Notes: generated by a model from the letters alone, not told the origin. 63,936 nt of DNA, filler included, from Octopus bimaculoides (GCF_001194135.2; 7 parts of 6 records of this genome joined end to end with filler, not necessarily neighbours in it); one strand, 5' to 3'; shown: positions 1 to 14,680, counted from the whole stretch's first letter. Translations and numbers: made by a program.

Positions 1-1036
1 TATATATATATATATATATATATGCGTGTTTGTGTTTAGGTATAAACAAACGCAAATGAAGTTACAGATATCTTAGAAACAAGACTTGATTATCTGTTCA
101 GTCACCAGATGTCAGTGCTGCATATATTTTTGGCGCCATTGGCGTGAGTGAGAGTCGAATTATAAGCGTATGCATGCGTTGATATACATACATACATACA
201 TACTAACATATGCAAGCATGATAGTGTGTGTATATATACATAAATATGTATGCATGTATATATGTATATATATATATACGTNNNNNNNNNNNNNNNNNNN
301 NNNNNNNNNNNNNNNNNNNNNNNNNNNNNNNNNNNNNNNNNNNNNNNNNNNNNNNNNNNNNNNNNNNNNNNNNNNNNNNNNNNNNNNNNNNNNNNNNNNN
401 NNNNNNNNNNNNNNNNNNNNNNNNNNNNNNNNNNNNNNNNNNNNNNNNNNNNNNNNNNNNNNNNNNNNNNNNNNNNNNNNNNNNNNNNNNNNNNNNNNNN
501 NNNNNNNNNNNNNNNNNNNNNNNNNNNNNNNNNNNNNNNNNNNNNNNNNNNNNNNNNNNNNNNNNNNNNNNNNNNNNNNNNNNNNNNNNNNNNNNNNNNN
601 NNNNNNNNNNNNNNNNNNNNNNNNNNNNNNNNNNNNNNNNNNNNNNNNNNNNNNNNNNNNNNNNNNNNNNNNNNNNNNNNNNNNNNNNNNNNNNNNNNNN
701 NNNNNNNNNNNNNNNNNNNNNNNNNNNNNNNNNNNNNNNNNNNNNNNNNNNNNNNNNNNNNNNNNNNNNNNNNNNNNNNNNNNNNNNNNNNNNNNNNNNN
801 NNNNNNNNNNNNNNNNNNNNNNNNNNNNNNNNNNNNNNNNNNNNNNNNNNNNNNNNNNNNNNNNNNNNNNNNNNNNNNNNNNNNNNNNNNNNNNNNNNNN
901 NNNNNNNNNNNNNNNNNNNNNNNNNNNNNNNNNNNNNNNNNNNNNNNNNNNNNNNNNNNNNNNNNNNNNNNNNNNNNNNNNNNNNNNNNNNNNNNNNNNN
1001 NNNNNNNNNNNNNNNNNNNNNNNNNNNNNNNNNNNN

Positions 1037-1104
<68 letters not shown>

Positions 1105-1320
1105 TATTATTATCATTATCATTATCATCATTATTATTACTATTATTTTTTTTTTTGTTATTGCTGGTGTTGTTGTTCATAATCATCATCATCACCACAA
1201 TCTTCATTATCATCGTCGTCCGGATCAATATCATCATCGTCATCATCATCAGCATCATTATCATCATCATCGTCGTTGCCATCATCAACATCTTCATTGC
1301 AAGCATCATCATTAACCGCT
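1037..1320. repeat. Compound (ATT)n/(ATC)n trinucleotide microsatellite next to an assembly gap
   Basis: Direct: tandem ATT, ATC and CAT runs. It explains the poly-I/H/M ORFs. Confidence 0.95.
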
Positions 1321-3046
1321 ACTTTCTTTGTTTTCCTTCTACTTTTTTTTTTACTATATCTTTTTCTTAATTATTGTGTATATCTTCGATTTTTTTCTGC
1401 AATTTTTTTACCATACCCAATTAGATTTCTTCTAGGATTGTCTTTGACCTTCACCACCTCACTTTCATATAATTTTGACCAAACCTCAAACGTTGTAACT
1501 CATCGATATATATATATATAACGTGAATGGAATAAGTATGAAAAGGTCGCTGGTTACAATATTATCTTTCTTTGTTATTTTCTTTTTATGTGATTTACAT
1601 ATAAACACTTACTGAGTCGATATTTATGTCTTGTTTCTTGTTTTGTTTCGCGTCCTGTGTTTCGGCGCCCTCTGAGGGCGAACAAATATATTCTTGCTTA
1701 TGTCTAATGAGTCTTCATTTTTACCCTACTTGGGGTAATTTACCCCGGTTCACCGATCCCTAGTCTAGAGTCTAAACAAGATATATCCCTGAAGATTATA
1801 GCCAGGTCTTTGTCATCTAACGTATTTTATACAGAATATGCCACTTCATGTTCGTTTTTCTGATTCAAAGTGTTCCTATGCCGCCCAGCTGTAGAATTCG
1901 AGTATTTTACTATGTATATATGTATATGCGTGCTACACGCACATGTTCGTAGGCATTCGTGCAAGCCCCTGTGTAGACCGGTTCTGTAAAATTGTATAGT
2001 GAATTGTACAGCGAAAGACTAATTCCTTGCCCATGGAGCAAGGTTGGGGTTTTTTTCTGCCTGATGTTAACAAAACTGGTAGTACATTTATTTCTATATA
2101 CACTTGCGAAGTGTGTGCTTACATACATACAAGCATACATACATATGTAAGTGTGTATGTGTGTAATATACATATATATACACACACACAAGTATGCGTG
2201 TGCACACATACATGTATACATTTTGTGTATGAGTCCGTGTCTTTTAGAAGAAAGAGATCTAGAACGTTGATGTGAAGCGACGCAATAATGTAACCCGTGA
2301 CGCATGACTAAGCAACAAACAACTACACAAATAATAACAACAACAACAACACACACACAAAATCAAACAAACAAACAATCAACAGCAACATCAACAACAA
2401 CAATTCATGCATGAATTTCCATGCAGCTCTCTTACAAACAACCAGGATCGAGACGAAGCTTTATGCATGCGTTGCCAATAAGCAGTCATAACTACATTAG
2501 ACTTCAGATCCTCTTCTATCTTTGCCTCTTATTTTTAGTCCGCTTCAATAAACAATAAAGATGACACGAGCCACTAAGAGAGCCTGTATGTAGTTGATTA
2601 AACGGCTAGAAATAGTAGCCAAATTTTCCCCTCCGCCCCCACGCATTCACACACTTAATCTATGTTGTGTTAACTAGTTTATATTCCTCTTGTCAGTTGA
2701 TTGAACGAATGTACTATAGCTAGAATTTTTGAGCAGCAGTGAAGGAGATCGAGTGAATCATTAGCTTTCAAGACGCGCGTGCGCGCGTGTGTGTGTGTGT
2801 GCGCGTGCGCGCGTGTTTGCATGCGTGTGTGCGAATAGATACATGTATGCATAAATATATATATATATATTTATATATGCATGACATATATGTATCCACC
2901 TATATATATGGATGCATATATGTGTGTATTTATGTGTTTAAATGCACACAAACACATACATATATAGATGCATGTATATGTATGCACTTGAATATGCATG
3001 CATAAACAAATGCGTATGCATATATATGTAAGCATATATTCATGTG

Positions 3047-3079
<33 letters not shown>

Positions 3080-3930
3080 GTGTGTGTGGTGTGCATTCAT
3101 ACATATATGTATATTATGGATGTGTATGTACATTTGTATATATTCATGTATGTTTCTATCTTTATAAATATATATATATATATATATACATCCATGCGTT
3201 CATATTCACGCATTCATATATGCGTACACATTCGTGCATCCATATATATATAGATAGATAGATGGATGGATGGATATGTATACATATGCATAAAGTATAT
3301 AAAAGCTGCCGGCGACGGAAACTAATATTTTGCCAAAAAGAAATGTTTTTGAAGAGTCTCGCTCTATTAAAAACAGAGAATTCGCTTAAAATGATTCAGG
3401 GGATTGTCAGACATTGGTGTTTCGGCTTTATTTAAACTCCTCAGTGATGAGCACATCCTTTTATTTGTGGCTACATCGGAACTTCCGTTCCAATCTGCAA
3501 GTTAGGAAATAAAACATTTATTGATTTGTGATGAAGTTGGCCAGATTTGAGTTAAATCAATAATGCACTTGAAACAGCATCAGACTAAATTAACCATGTA
3601 CATTAGTTTGGTTGGATATATAAACATACAATGTATGTATGTATATATTTGAATTATGTGTGGTGGAAGGCATACGAGGTTACCAAATGCTTTGGGCTTG
3701 GTAATCAGTTGTACACTCCACACCTATACTGCCTGTGATTTGGAAACGACCTTCATATTCCGTAACTGGTTGGAAGCCTGCTGTATCGTAATAAGAAATG
3801 TAAAATTGGTAATTAGCACTCTTAAGATTAATATAACACATGCGCGTTTCCGTAATCCAACTGCCGGAAATGCACATTTGTTATATAACACTTAAAGTTA
3901 CCAATTACGTTTTCTCCGTCACTTATTTAC

Positions 3931-3999
<69 letters not shown>

Positions 4000-4039
4000 A
4001 CGGTTGTAGAACGTTCCAGTGAGATCCAAAACTTGACTG

Positions 4040-5000
4040 GTGTGACTGGTGGGCCAGTCTTAAGGGGAAAATATTCTGTTATATCTATAAGAAGTAGGGA
4101 AGTTTTGTTTTTCAAAAACAGCCATAAATTACATATATATGTTTGTGGATATGACACAGTTGTAATGGATATTGAACCAGACGAAGTTCTTACTTTCAAA
4201 CTTATGGCGTAAGTAAGGGCAGGATCTTCCTGTTCTATCACTACTCCCTAGAATCGTGACCTGATAATTAGTTATGTTCCTATTTCCAGTAGTTTTCACA
4301 TTTATGTAGGGAGGAGTAACCAATACTTTCTCATCATTACCTTTATTATCTAACCTAAGCTTCATTCCAGTTTTAGCATCCAATTTCCTGTTGAAGCTTA
4401 TTCTATTATTATTTAAATTGTTAGGTTTGAAGGATGCTTTTCCATTTGGTATTTTTTCACAACTAAGTAAATTAGTAGTCGCTCTATTACTCAAACTTCC
4501 ATTATTTCCACTATTAAAACGTGCTAAACTTTCAGGACTAAGAAAAGTAATTTCCTGGTCATATCCTGCTTTAGACAAAGCAAAATTGTAGTGGTGGGAA
4601 TGGGTATTAAAAATATCGTTATTTGCTGATAATTTTGTAATTCTCCTAGAGATACTTTTAACTACCGATTTTAACACATTAGTGGGGTGATTTGATAATT
4701 TGCTCACGTATCTCGTAACTTCACCTGGTTAATGTCTAAAGTAGCATCTAAAAAATTTACTACTTTTGTGCCATATTCATCGTAATACCTAAGTTGAAGC
4801 TTTTAAAAAACTTTCTAATTCTTTTTCTCATTCTTTCTATGACTGATTTGTTGTTGCTAGGGATGATAAATAGAGCATCATCTCTATATAAACCACCCTG
4901 TAATTCAGGGATTTCTCTATTGAGGCACCTTAAAAGATATGCACCAACTAGATTAGTGATCTCGGCCGAATCACTCGAGCCCATAGCTATTTTGATATCT
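4040..5000 (-). mobile_element. Penelope-like retroelement (PLE) remnant: RT C-terminal half, thumb and partial GIY-YIG endonuclease; 5'-truncated, frameshifted and internally deleted
   Basis: Minus-strand translations read MGSSDSAEITNLVGAYLL, GGLYRDDALF (YxDD), VVNFLDATLD (after a frameshift), YVSKLSNHPTNVLKSVVKSISRRITKLS...YNFALSKAGY, and a C-terminal PALTYAISLK...ICNLWLF resembling the ALSKYIW...CNLC end of PLE endonucleases. Family assignment is from motif recall. Confidence 0.8.
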
Positions 5001-5030
5001 CTCTGTCTGTCAGTCTATCTATCTATCTAT

Positions 5031-5081
<51 letters not shown>

Positions 5082-5615
5082 TATGTATGTGTATATGAAT
5101 GTGTAGATATAGATAGAGAGAGAGATAGATATATCGATAGATAGATATTTAACCATGACCAAGGCTTTCTCACGCTCCACTCACATACACACTCACACAA
5201 ACTCTCTTTCCTTTCCCTCTGTCTCTCTATCACTCCCTCTCTATGTATATATATATGTGTGTGTGTGTGTTATAATATGTGAGTGAGAGAAAGAGAAAGA
5301 GAAAGAGAAAGAGGGGGATGTCTGTACGTGTGTTGGTGTCTATCTACATGGGCGTGGATAGGCTACAATCAACTCCCCATCTTTCCCCACGAAATCGTCT
5401 TTGGAACATCTATCACGTGATTTGTCAACGATGTAGGAGCCAGGAGGTCAAAGGTTAACACACCATAAAAGTCAAAGTATTGTCAAAGGTTAACGGAGAT
5501 TTAATGTAGTTAGAATATCTGTCCCGCCCCGTTATCCATCCCCACTCCTCCACAGGGCCATTCCATTAATATTTTCATATAATTTGCGCAAAAAAAAGTT
5601 ATAGCTTTTTTTGTA

Positions 5616-5617
<2 letters not shown>

Positions 5618-5686
<69 letters not shown>
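5618..5686. repeat. (AAT)n microsatellite
   Basis: Direct: about 23 AAT units. Confidence 0.95.
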
Positions 5687-5688
<2 letters not shown>

Positions 5689-6203
5689 CTGTCGTTTCGC
5701 AGACATATTTTCATGCATGCATACACATTAATCCAAAATATGCACACATATATACATACATAAATATACACATCTACATAGCCTTTGAGCTGAAACGTAT
5801 AAAGGAATACGCATACACGCACACTTACATTAATACACATTTAAAGCCATATATATATTATATACGTATATATATATATATTATATGTATGCATAATGGT
5901 ATGCATGTATATATGTAAGTATGTGAGTTTATACATATATTAGAAGGAAACGGATAGTAATATGAAGCATATACTTACGTCTATCCACATATCCAAATAC
6001 TTCTATGGCACATATTCAAACGCATAAACACAAACACACATTGAGGCACTCGTGTAACCATGGATATACACAAACTTTCACACATGTTCACAAATGCAAT
6101 CACAAATATACACACCTCGTATTTACACTAGCAACCACGGACATACATACATATATATATACGCACATATATATATATATACATACAACACACACACGCA
6201 CAG

Positions 6204-6268
<65 letters not shown>

Positions 6269-6547
6269 AATTTTATTATTCATGAATACATATTAAATAT
6301 ATTTACATATTTATACGTATATATATATGTATATACATGTATAATATACTTATACATATATATCTATATATATATATATATACATATATATATGTATGTA
6401 TTTATGTATGTATATATGATGCAATATATGATGATATAATATAAAATACATTATGTATATACGAGTACCCTATATATCATATATGTGTATTATCTACACG
6501 CATACACATACTGTAACTACACATGCAACTACAGACACTCCATACAC

Positions 6548-6700
<153 letters not shown>

Positions 6701-7169
6701 TGTAAACGCTGAATCCACTTACGTTCAGACATGTAAGCACACAGCAACTCGTTATCCAAGATGGCTGAAGTCTATTTTCTGATATCTATCGGCAATCACT
6801 TTGAAGCTATTTTAAGATGGGAGAGATTAATCAGGATTACAGGAATAGAAGAATGACAGAATAAAAGATTGTGCAACAATAAAAGGAGGGGAGAGAATCT
6901 CAACGACTCAGTTTCTATAGTTAGATATTATTGCATTGATTTATGGCAGTGAAAGGATAAAGAAGAAACAATCTCACTGTCACTCTTATGTCTCTTATTG
7001 CTTCTTTCTTTCCGTCTCTGATTCTCTTTGTATCTATTTATCTGCTTTTGTTACACGCTCACACGCACGCGTACATACATTTATACATACATACATACAT
7101 ACATACATACATACATACATACATACATACACACGCAAACGCACGCACACACACACACACGCATATATA

Positions 7170-7492
7170 TATTCTTTTATTCTTTCAGTCATTTGAATGC
7201 GGCCATACTGGGGCACTGCCCGGAAGTGCTCCAGCCGAACAAATCGACCATGGGGCTCATTTTTGAAGTCTAATACTTATTCTATCAGAATACTTTTGCC
7301 AAACCGCTAAGTTATGGGGATGTAAACACCAACATATTTTGTCAAACGGGGAACAAACACTGACACAAAGAAGCACACACTGACAAACAGACACACACAC
7401 ACGCACACTCACATACACACACACACACACACACACACGCTCACACACATATGCCACGAGCTTCTTTTAGTTTCCGTCTACGAAATCCACTG
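7170..7492 (-). mobile_element. SINE family B (bipartite tRNA-derived SINE), degenerate copy without its head
   Basis: Similar to the right half (AACCGCTAAGTTA, CTTATTCTATC, GCGGCCAT) and part of the left half (TTTCCGTCTAC.AAATCCACT) of the copy at 62137-62511. Confidence 0.75.
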
Positions 7493-7498
7493 ACACAC

Positions 7499-7568
<70 letters not shown>

Positions 7569-7600
7569 GGATAGAGATTGATAAGGATAAATAAAGATAA

Positions 7601-7641
<41 letters not shown>

Positions 7642-7812
7642 NNNNNNNNNNNNNNNNNNNNNNNNNNNNNNNNNNNNNNNNNNNNNNNNNNNNNNNNNNN
7701 NNNNNNNNNNNNNNNNNNNNNNNNNNNNNNNNNNNNNNNNNNNNNNNNNNNNNNNNNNNNNNNNNNNNNNNNNNNNNNNNNNNNNNNNNNNNNNNNNNNN
7801 NNNNNNNNNNNN

Positions 7813-7871
<59 letters not shown>

Positions 7872-9045
7872 CACAAACACAAACAGACACACACATACGC
7901 TCGCACGTTTAAGGAAATTATGAAGATGTTTGTCAATGAGAAGTGAAGTAGGAGTTAATTTGTGAAGATTTACTGTCAAAGAATGGCTGAAGAGTTTGGT
8001 GAAAGAAATTCTTGTTAATGCCAAATAGAGTCTTAGAGAACATCTCCAAGAATGATACCTGATTTCTGTCGGTGCGATGAGGTGATGGAGGGATGGGTGT
8101 TGTTGCACCACATAAAACAGACTGACATAAAATAAGAGTTTACGAGACTTTGAGAAAGTACACTCAGCAAAGATAACATATCTAGGAAGGTTTTTGTTTT
8201 TCTGTTTGTATTATGTTGTTGTTGAAATATGTTAGACTGTTATTTAGCATTTTTTTGTAAATGTTGGCAGAAGCATACACCTCCCCTACCACACACACGT
8301 GTATATTTATATATGTGCTTGAATCTATATGCGAATATATCATGAATGTGTATGCATATATATGTATTTGAATATTTATGCATATATATATATATATATA
8401 TATATATACACGCACACACACANNNNNNNNNNNNNNNNNNNNNNNNNNNNNNNNNNNNNNNNNNNNNNNNNNNNNNNNNNNNNNNNNNNNNNNNNNNNNN
8501 NNNNNNNNNNNNNNNNNNNNNNNNNNNNNNNNNNNNNNNNNNNNNNNNNNNNNNNNNNNNNNNNNNNNNNNNNNNNNNNNNNNNNNNNNNNNNNNNNNNN
8601 NNNNNNNNNNNNNNNNNNNNNNNNNNNNNNNNNNNNNNNNNNNNNNNNNNNNNNNNNNNNNNNNNNNNNNNNNNNNNNNNNNNNNNNNNNNNNNNNNNNN
8701 NNNNNNNNNNNNNNNNNNNNNNNNNNNNNNNNNNNNNNNNNNNNNNNNNNNNNNNNNNNNNNNNNNNNNNNNNNNNNNNNNNNNNNNNNNNNNNNNNNNN
8801 NNNNNNNNNNNNNNNNNNNNNNNNNNNNNNNNNNNNNNNNNNNNNNNNNNNNNNNNNNNNNNNNNNNNNNNNNNNNNNNNNNNNNNNNNNNNNNNNNNNN
8901 NNNNNNNNNNNNNNNNNNNNNNNNNNNNNNNNNNNNNNNNNNNNNNNNNNNNNNNNNNNNNNNNNNNNNNNNNNNNNNNNNNNNNNNNNNNNNNNNNNNN
9001 NNNNNNNNNNNNNNNNNNNNNNNNNNNNNNNNNNNNNNNNNNNNN

Positions 9046-9096
<51 letters not shown>

Positions 9097-9799
9097 GTTG
9101 CCACCTTTCTTTATTGAGTCTTGTCGCACACTTAGTAACTCTTTCACTTTCTCGCATCTTCTCGCATCTTCTCATTTTCTCCACCTTTTAATTAGCCATC
9201 ATCATTTAATTACTCTTTACACTCCTTTTCACTCACCCTACTCGTCGCCCTTGCTGTCTCCCCTTTCTTATCTTTCTCATTTACGCTATACTTACAACAT
9301 CCCTTATACTTACAACTTCATCTCTATCTCTTATGTTATATTTGCCACCCCACCTCTCTCTCTCACACATACACACACACTATTTTTCTCTCTCTCCCCC
9401 TCAAAACCCTTTTTCACACTCTCTTTCGCTCCATCCCTTTGATGATGGTAATCGAAAATACCTAAAATTCTGTTCTTAAAGGTATTCTTGAATTACTAGG
9501 TTTTAACTAATTTTAGCAAAAGACCAAGAATTTTGAAGAGGGAGTCTAGTCTAGTATATCAACCCCAATTCTTAACTGATACTTTATTTTTACAATAAGG
9601 GCAAAAGGTAAAGTTGACCTCTGCTTGATCAAAACTCGAGACGAAAAGAACCAGAAAAATGCCGCTAAACATTTCATTCGTCTTGTGATCTTGTGATTCT
9701 GCTAAGGCGTTGTGTTTCTGCGAAATGTTTCTAAATTTTGGGACAAGGCCCGGAGTGTTAGGGGAATAGAATATTCACTTACATCGATCCAAAATCACA

Positions 9800-9945
9800 A
9801 CTGGTACATCCGTTCGTCGACCCAAAAATAGGATGAATGGCAAAGTCGACGCATGTGAGAATTGAACTCAAAACGAATAGAGTAAGAAGGCGCACTGCTA
9901 AACAATTTATCCTTTCTGGTAACGATTCTGCCAACTCATCGCCTT
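9800..9945 (-). mobile_element. SINE family A, degenerate copy
   Basis: GGATGAATGGCAAAGTCGAC...TTGAACTCAAAACG...ACGATTCTGCCAACTC matches the reverse complement of the family A head. Confidence 0.65.
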
Positions 9946-10589
9946 TGTGCAAAGCCTTACTAATATACACACTCTCTTTATAGCAGACACAAGAAGAAAA
10001 AAACAAATTACTAGATCGATATAACATAGGAAATCACAAGGAGCAACTTAACATATAACTAATGAAAAGATAATTCAATCATAAATTAACCAAATGTAAT
10101 ATGACTGAAACACAAATACACCATTCAACCCTCGATAACACACCGAGAATGTAACAGATTATTTGGATGCATCAATCGAGAATCAAGTTTTCATAAGATA
10201 CTTGTGAGATATGTATGTAAGTTGGTAACTTCCTGAAGTAAATGCGCTTGCAATCTGATGAAGCCCACGTTTAAAAACACTGCAGTCAAGGTGTGAAGGC
10301 AGAATGAAGCATAAACTGCGAATATAAGCTTTAGTTGATATGGTTTTTGTAAAGAAATGTTTCATGTCGAAACTAAAGCACGAATTGAACAGGATGATTT
10401 CGTTAGAGATATGTAGTCTTGATTATTACACCGTGGTGTCATCCAGGAAATGTGGGTTCTTGTCCACTCGGATATGTATATATTTATGATATTATGGTTT
10501 GTCTACGTCAAGTTTATATATGTGTGTATGTATATACACATACACGCACACACACACACACACACGCACACACACAAATATATTCTTTT

Positions 10590-10797
10590 CTACTCTAGGC
10601 ACGAGGCACGAAATTTTTGGGGAGGAGGCCAGTCGATTAGATCGACCCCAGTACGCAACTGATACTTAATTTATCAACTTCGAAAGGATGAAAGGTAAAG
10701 TCCACCTCGGCGGAATTTGAACTCAAAACGTATAGACAGACGAAATACCGCTAAGCATTTCGCCCGGCGTGCTAACGTTTCTGCCAGCTCGCCGCCT
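10590..10797 (-). mobile_element. SINE family A (tRNA-derived), well-preserved copy
   Basis: The sense head GGCGGCGAGC-TGGCAGAAACG (A-box-like) ... GTTCAAATTCC (B-box-like) is followed by the body GGACTTTACCTTTCATCC...GTTGATAAATTAAGTA. More than 10 related copies occur in the window. Confidence 0.9.
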
Positions 10798-12149
10798 TAC
10801 ACACATAAATATATAATCATTATGAACTTTCAGCTTCCGGATATTATTTCCTGGCTTCCTGCAATTTCTATAAATATTTATCCTTATCTATGTATCTATG
10901 TATATCTATGGTATATTTATATATCTTTATTCTCTCGTCAACATTTTGTATAAATATGCTATGAATTGGTTTGACGCTTTGCGACTGCTGTCTATCTTTT
11001 TCTCTATGAGATATATGTGTACACACAGACAAGCTGTTTAATGATGTGTTTGTTCGTATGATGAAATCAGCAGTTCAATAATGTTCAATATATTGATTAA
11101 ATAAAAAAAATGACTACAGGTTTCTAAATATATTTTGATAACCTGTTCTAATTGGATCAAAATAATCGAGGTAAAACCTATAACTCGTTACACCGTGTCA
11201 CCCTGAAAGTCAACGATAATTACGTTAAGAGTACAAGCAATTTCGGAATACTCAAGCCGCTTTAATTCAGTGAGCTGAAAATTCAGTTGATCAAACGACT
11301 GAATCCTCCTCGATAAACGACGAAGAACCTTCAGTCCGTCTATGCTAGGTAAACGTCAGTTTCTTGAAAGTCTATTTAAATCCGATTTTATGGCTCAAAG
11401 CTCGAGATATGAAACTTTCAAATTGGTCCCGCCTAGTGTATATACGTATGCATGTGTATCTGTGACGTATGTGTATGTATGTGTGTGAGCGCAATGATAA
11501 AGATATTTATATACTATTCATCGTTAAGGACCGACACGTATACACACTCTCACACCCATACGGTGTTTTTGTGAAGCTGAAAACAATTTAAACGTGAATA
11601 GATTCAATTAAATACATCGCCCCCTCCTAACTACAACAATGTGTAAGCTGCATGTGTTTAATTAGCTATAACACTCGTACAAAGATACACACACGCACGC
11701 GCACGCACACTCACACACACACACATGCATATGTATATATTCATGTGAGTTTAATATATCTTTATACTTGTATAGAAGTGTTTGGTACACACACACATGT
11801 ATATATATATGTGTGTAGAAATATGTGTGTGGTTGCGAGCATATTCATATATATTTATACACATACAGGCACACATACACACACACACATATATATGTGT
11901 GTATGTGTATACGTACATACTTTCTCAATGTGTTTGTACGTACGCGCGTGTGGTATGTACGCACTTACGTATATTGTAAAGCACCATACAACGTTTAGAT
12001 ACATAGAAGCATAAGGTAAAATTACAGATGTACTTATTTAATGAACGTATAAATAGTCTCAGTGTGGTTCTCTTCTCAGATGTGGTTCTCTTCTCAGAAA
12101 GAGGCCAAAACCTCTGGTTCAAGGACTGTATATAACTTTCCGTGGCATG

Positions 12150-12470
12150 ATTGAATGCTTGAGAATCTTTCCTTCGCAATCACGAGGTGAAATTTTGATC
12201 CCAGTGTGTAGCATCTTGAGTAAATGTCCTTTTACACTATCCTTGAGTCGATTCGAGTCTCGCGATTTAAAACGGACGAATGGAAACAGCAAGAAAGCCC
12301 GCCGTATGGATTGCACTGGTAATTCAAATATCTAGCTTTGTCACACACTGTGTCGTGCTGATTCTACCCGAAAATTATGTTAGGGGTACGTACGTGACGT
12401 TTGAATGTTCAACATTTCAGCGACATTCAAGGTAAATTCCACGAGCAGACAATTGAGTTAGTTGGTCAAC
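12150..12470 (+). mobile_element. Degenerate composite SINE relic (family B-like part, then family C-like 3' part)
   Basis: GTCACACACTGTGTCGTGCTGATTCTACCCG...GTTAGGGGTAC resembles 43020-43075, and AAGAAAGCCCGCCGTAT resembles family B. Confidence 0.5.
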
Positions 12471-13337
12471 TACCAATATACTTATCTTCAACAACGACGA
12501 AGGTCCATATACTTCCTTTTTTTTTTCTACTTTTCATGGCAATAATTAATATATATAAGACTCATATGCGTAATTTTACCTGATATATCTTCTTATCTAA
12601 ACGACATTTTGTGTTTCCATTAATTAATTAAACGTTTCGAACGCTTCTATGCCTGTTATGCTTATCAGACCATAGGATAATTTTCTTTTTTTATCCGAGT
12701 TTGTACATGCAATGAATAGAGATAAGCTACTACATTCTTGTCGATCAGGGAAAACTAGTAAGCGATCTCTGATGAAGCCGTAAAAAGTACTGAAACTAGC
12801 CAGGTCGATCTCCTTCTTTTCCAGCCGAAGACGAGGGGCGAAAGAAAAAAACATGTTGTTTAACACAGTGAATCTCATAATCACGGATATCAAGGCCGGT
12901 AATAAGTGCGACCACGACCACCACTGACAAAATATATTAATAAACGCTTTGTCACCCAAAGCGTGCGTGCATGTGTGTATGTATGTACATACACATTCTT
13001 ATATATATATATATATACATATNNNNNNNNNNNNNNNNNNNNNNNNNNNNNNNNNNNNNNNNNNNNTTAATTAATTAANNNNNNNNNNNNNNNNNNNNNN
13101 NNNNNNNNNNNNNNNNNNNNNNTTCTCGACATTTTTCAAATGTCAAGAAGGAAATTTTTGTATTTTGCTAGGGCCGAAACTGCCCCTGGGGGCCAATTCC
13201 TGCCCTTCAAAATACACACAAATGAAGCCTAGGTGCTTCGCAACAAAATTATTAAAAAATTCCAACAAAATGTGGACAATAAAAGGTCAAATAAACGTTT
13301 ACCTTCGCAGCCGATGTGACAGCACGTCCGTGAGAAG

Positions 13338-13407
<70 letters not shown>

Positions 13408-14012
13408 GCAGACAGATAGATAGTTGTACGGAAATTGGGGTGGCACTAATACATAATCAGGTTTATTAATATTTAAAATACTTAACATGCATTTACCACA
13501 TTTGATGTAAATTACTTTTGAGGGTTGCTGTCATTTATTTTCAGTCTACCAAAGAGTGTCCATTCGATTATAATATTTGCTTCCAAGTTATCTGAGAAAA
13601 TTATTGAATATGAATTTCTTTATCTGATAAAAAATTATAGAAAAACGGTTATAAAAACTAAAATACAAGTTTATGCCAGATTTTTGCCAACTTTCTTGCA
13701 AAAACACAGCTCTTATTCAAAATAATGTTTCCTAAATGAATTAGTTTCTTAATCTGCAAATTTTCGAATGCTTATTGAAGGCCTTGGCTGAATACCACAG
13801 TTTTAGAATTTATTTGTTTTCTATTCAAAGCTATAAGAAAAATAATTTTAAAACAATTCTCATAATCTATATCGATCGCCTTCAAGGTTTGTACTGCTAT
13901 GAGAAATGTCATCTAGCTACGTGGAATGGTCTGACTTACAAACAGAGATACATGCATACACACACACATGCGCACGAATACATAGAAAGAAAACCACACA
14001 CGGACACACATA

Positions 14013-14245
14013 TACGTGGGATGATCAATAATTATCCGGACTGTTGCTATAGTTACGAAGCTAAAGCACGCAGACTAAAGCCGCTTCGCACAGATTGACT
14101 TTGATCTCTGCTGTGAAAGCACACTAAATTTTCAGTCTAATTTCTTTTTGATGTTTACAGCAGTGTTAGGAAGGTAGGTGTGTAACGTGTGATCGTCGCA
14201 TTGACGATAACAGAGAACGTTGAGCAGAGAACCTGCATCAAGTTT
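14013..14245 (+). mobile_element. 5' end of a mariner-type DNA transposon (terminus and transposase N-terminus only)
   Basis: TA followed by CGTGGGATGATCAATAATTATCCGGACT, a mariner-like terminus. The downstream translation ENVEQRTCIKF matches the EQRxxIKF mariner N-terminal motif. Confidence 0.65.
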
Positions 14246-14634
14246 CAGGTTCTTTCAGGTTCTGTCAGTCAAATCCACTCAAAAGGCTTTGTCGGGTCCA
14301 ATGTCGTATTAAAAGAAATGACCCCGGACAATGGAGATGGGAAGTGAACTACTTACCACACAACCAGTTCTGCGCCTCTCTCTCCCTCCCCCTCTCTCTC
14401 TCTCTCTCTCTCTTTATATATATATACCATTCTTATGAATTTATATATNNNNNNNNNNNNNNNNNNNNNNNNNNNNNNNNNNNNNNNNNNNNNNNNNNNN
14501 NNNNNNNNNNNNNNNNNNNNNNNNNNNNNNNNNNNNNNNNNNNTATAAATGTAGACAGACACGCACACACACACACGTGCACAAAATCTCTCTCTGACAC
14601 ACACGCACACACACACACACACCCACACACACAC

Positions 14635-14680
<46 letters not shown>

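Noticed and set aside
1494-1780. TGTAAC-starting segment with small palindromes (CGCCCTC/GAGGGCG and GGGGTAA/TTACCCC), a possible solo LTR
   Set aside because: No matching TSD, PBS or PPT, and no second copy in the window.
5445-5495. AGGTCA-A-AGGTTA (DR1-like nuclear receptor site) with a repeated TCAAAGGTTAAC
   Set aside because: A short motif alone, with no gene context or conservation evidence.
12624-12959. 111-aa ORF, and similar 60-110 aa ORFs at 20030, 23253, 36787 and 47387
   Set aside because: No recognisable domains and no consistent splice-site pairs. The lengths are compatible with chance.
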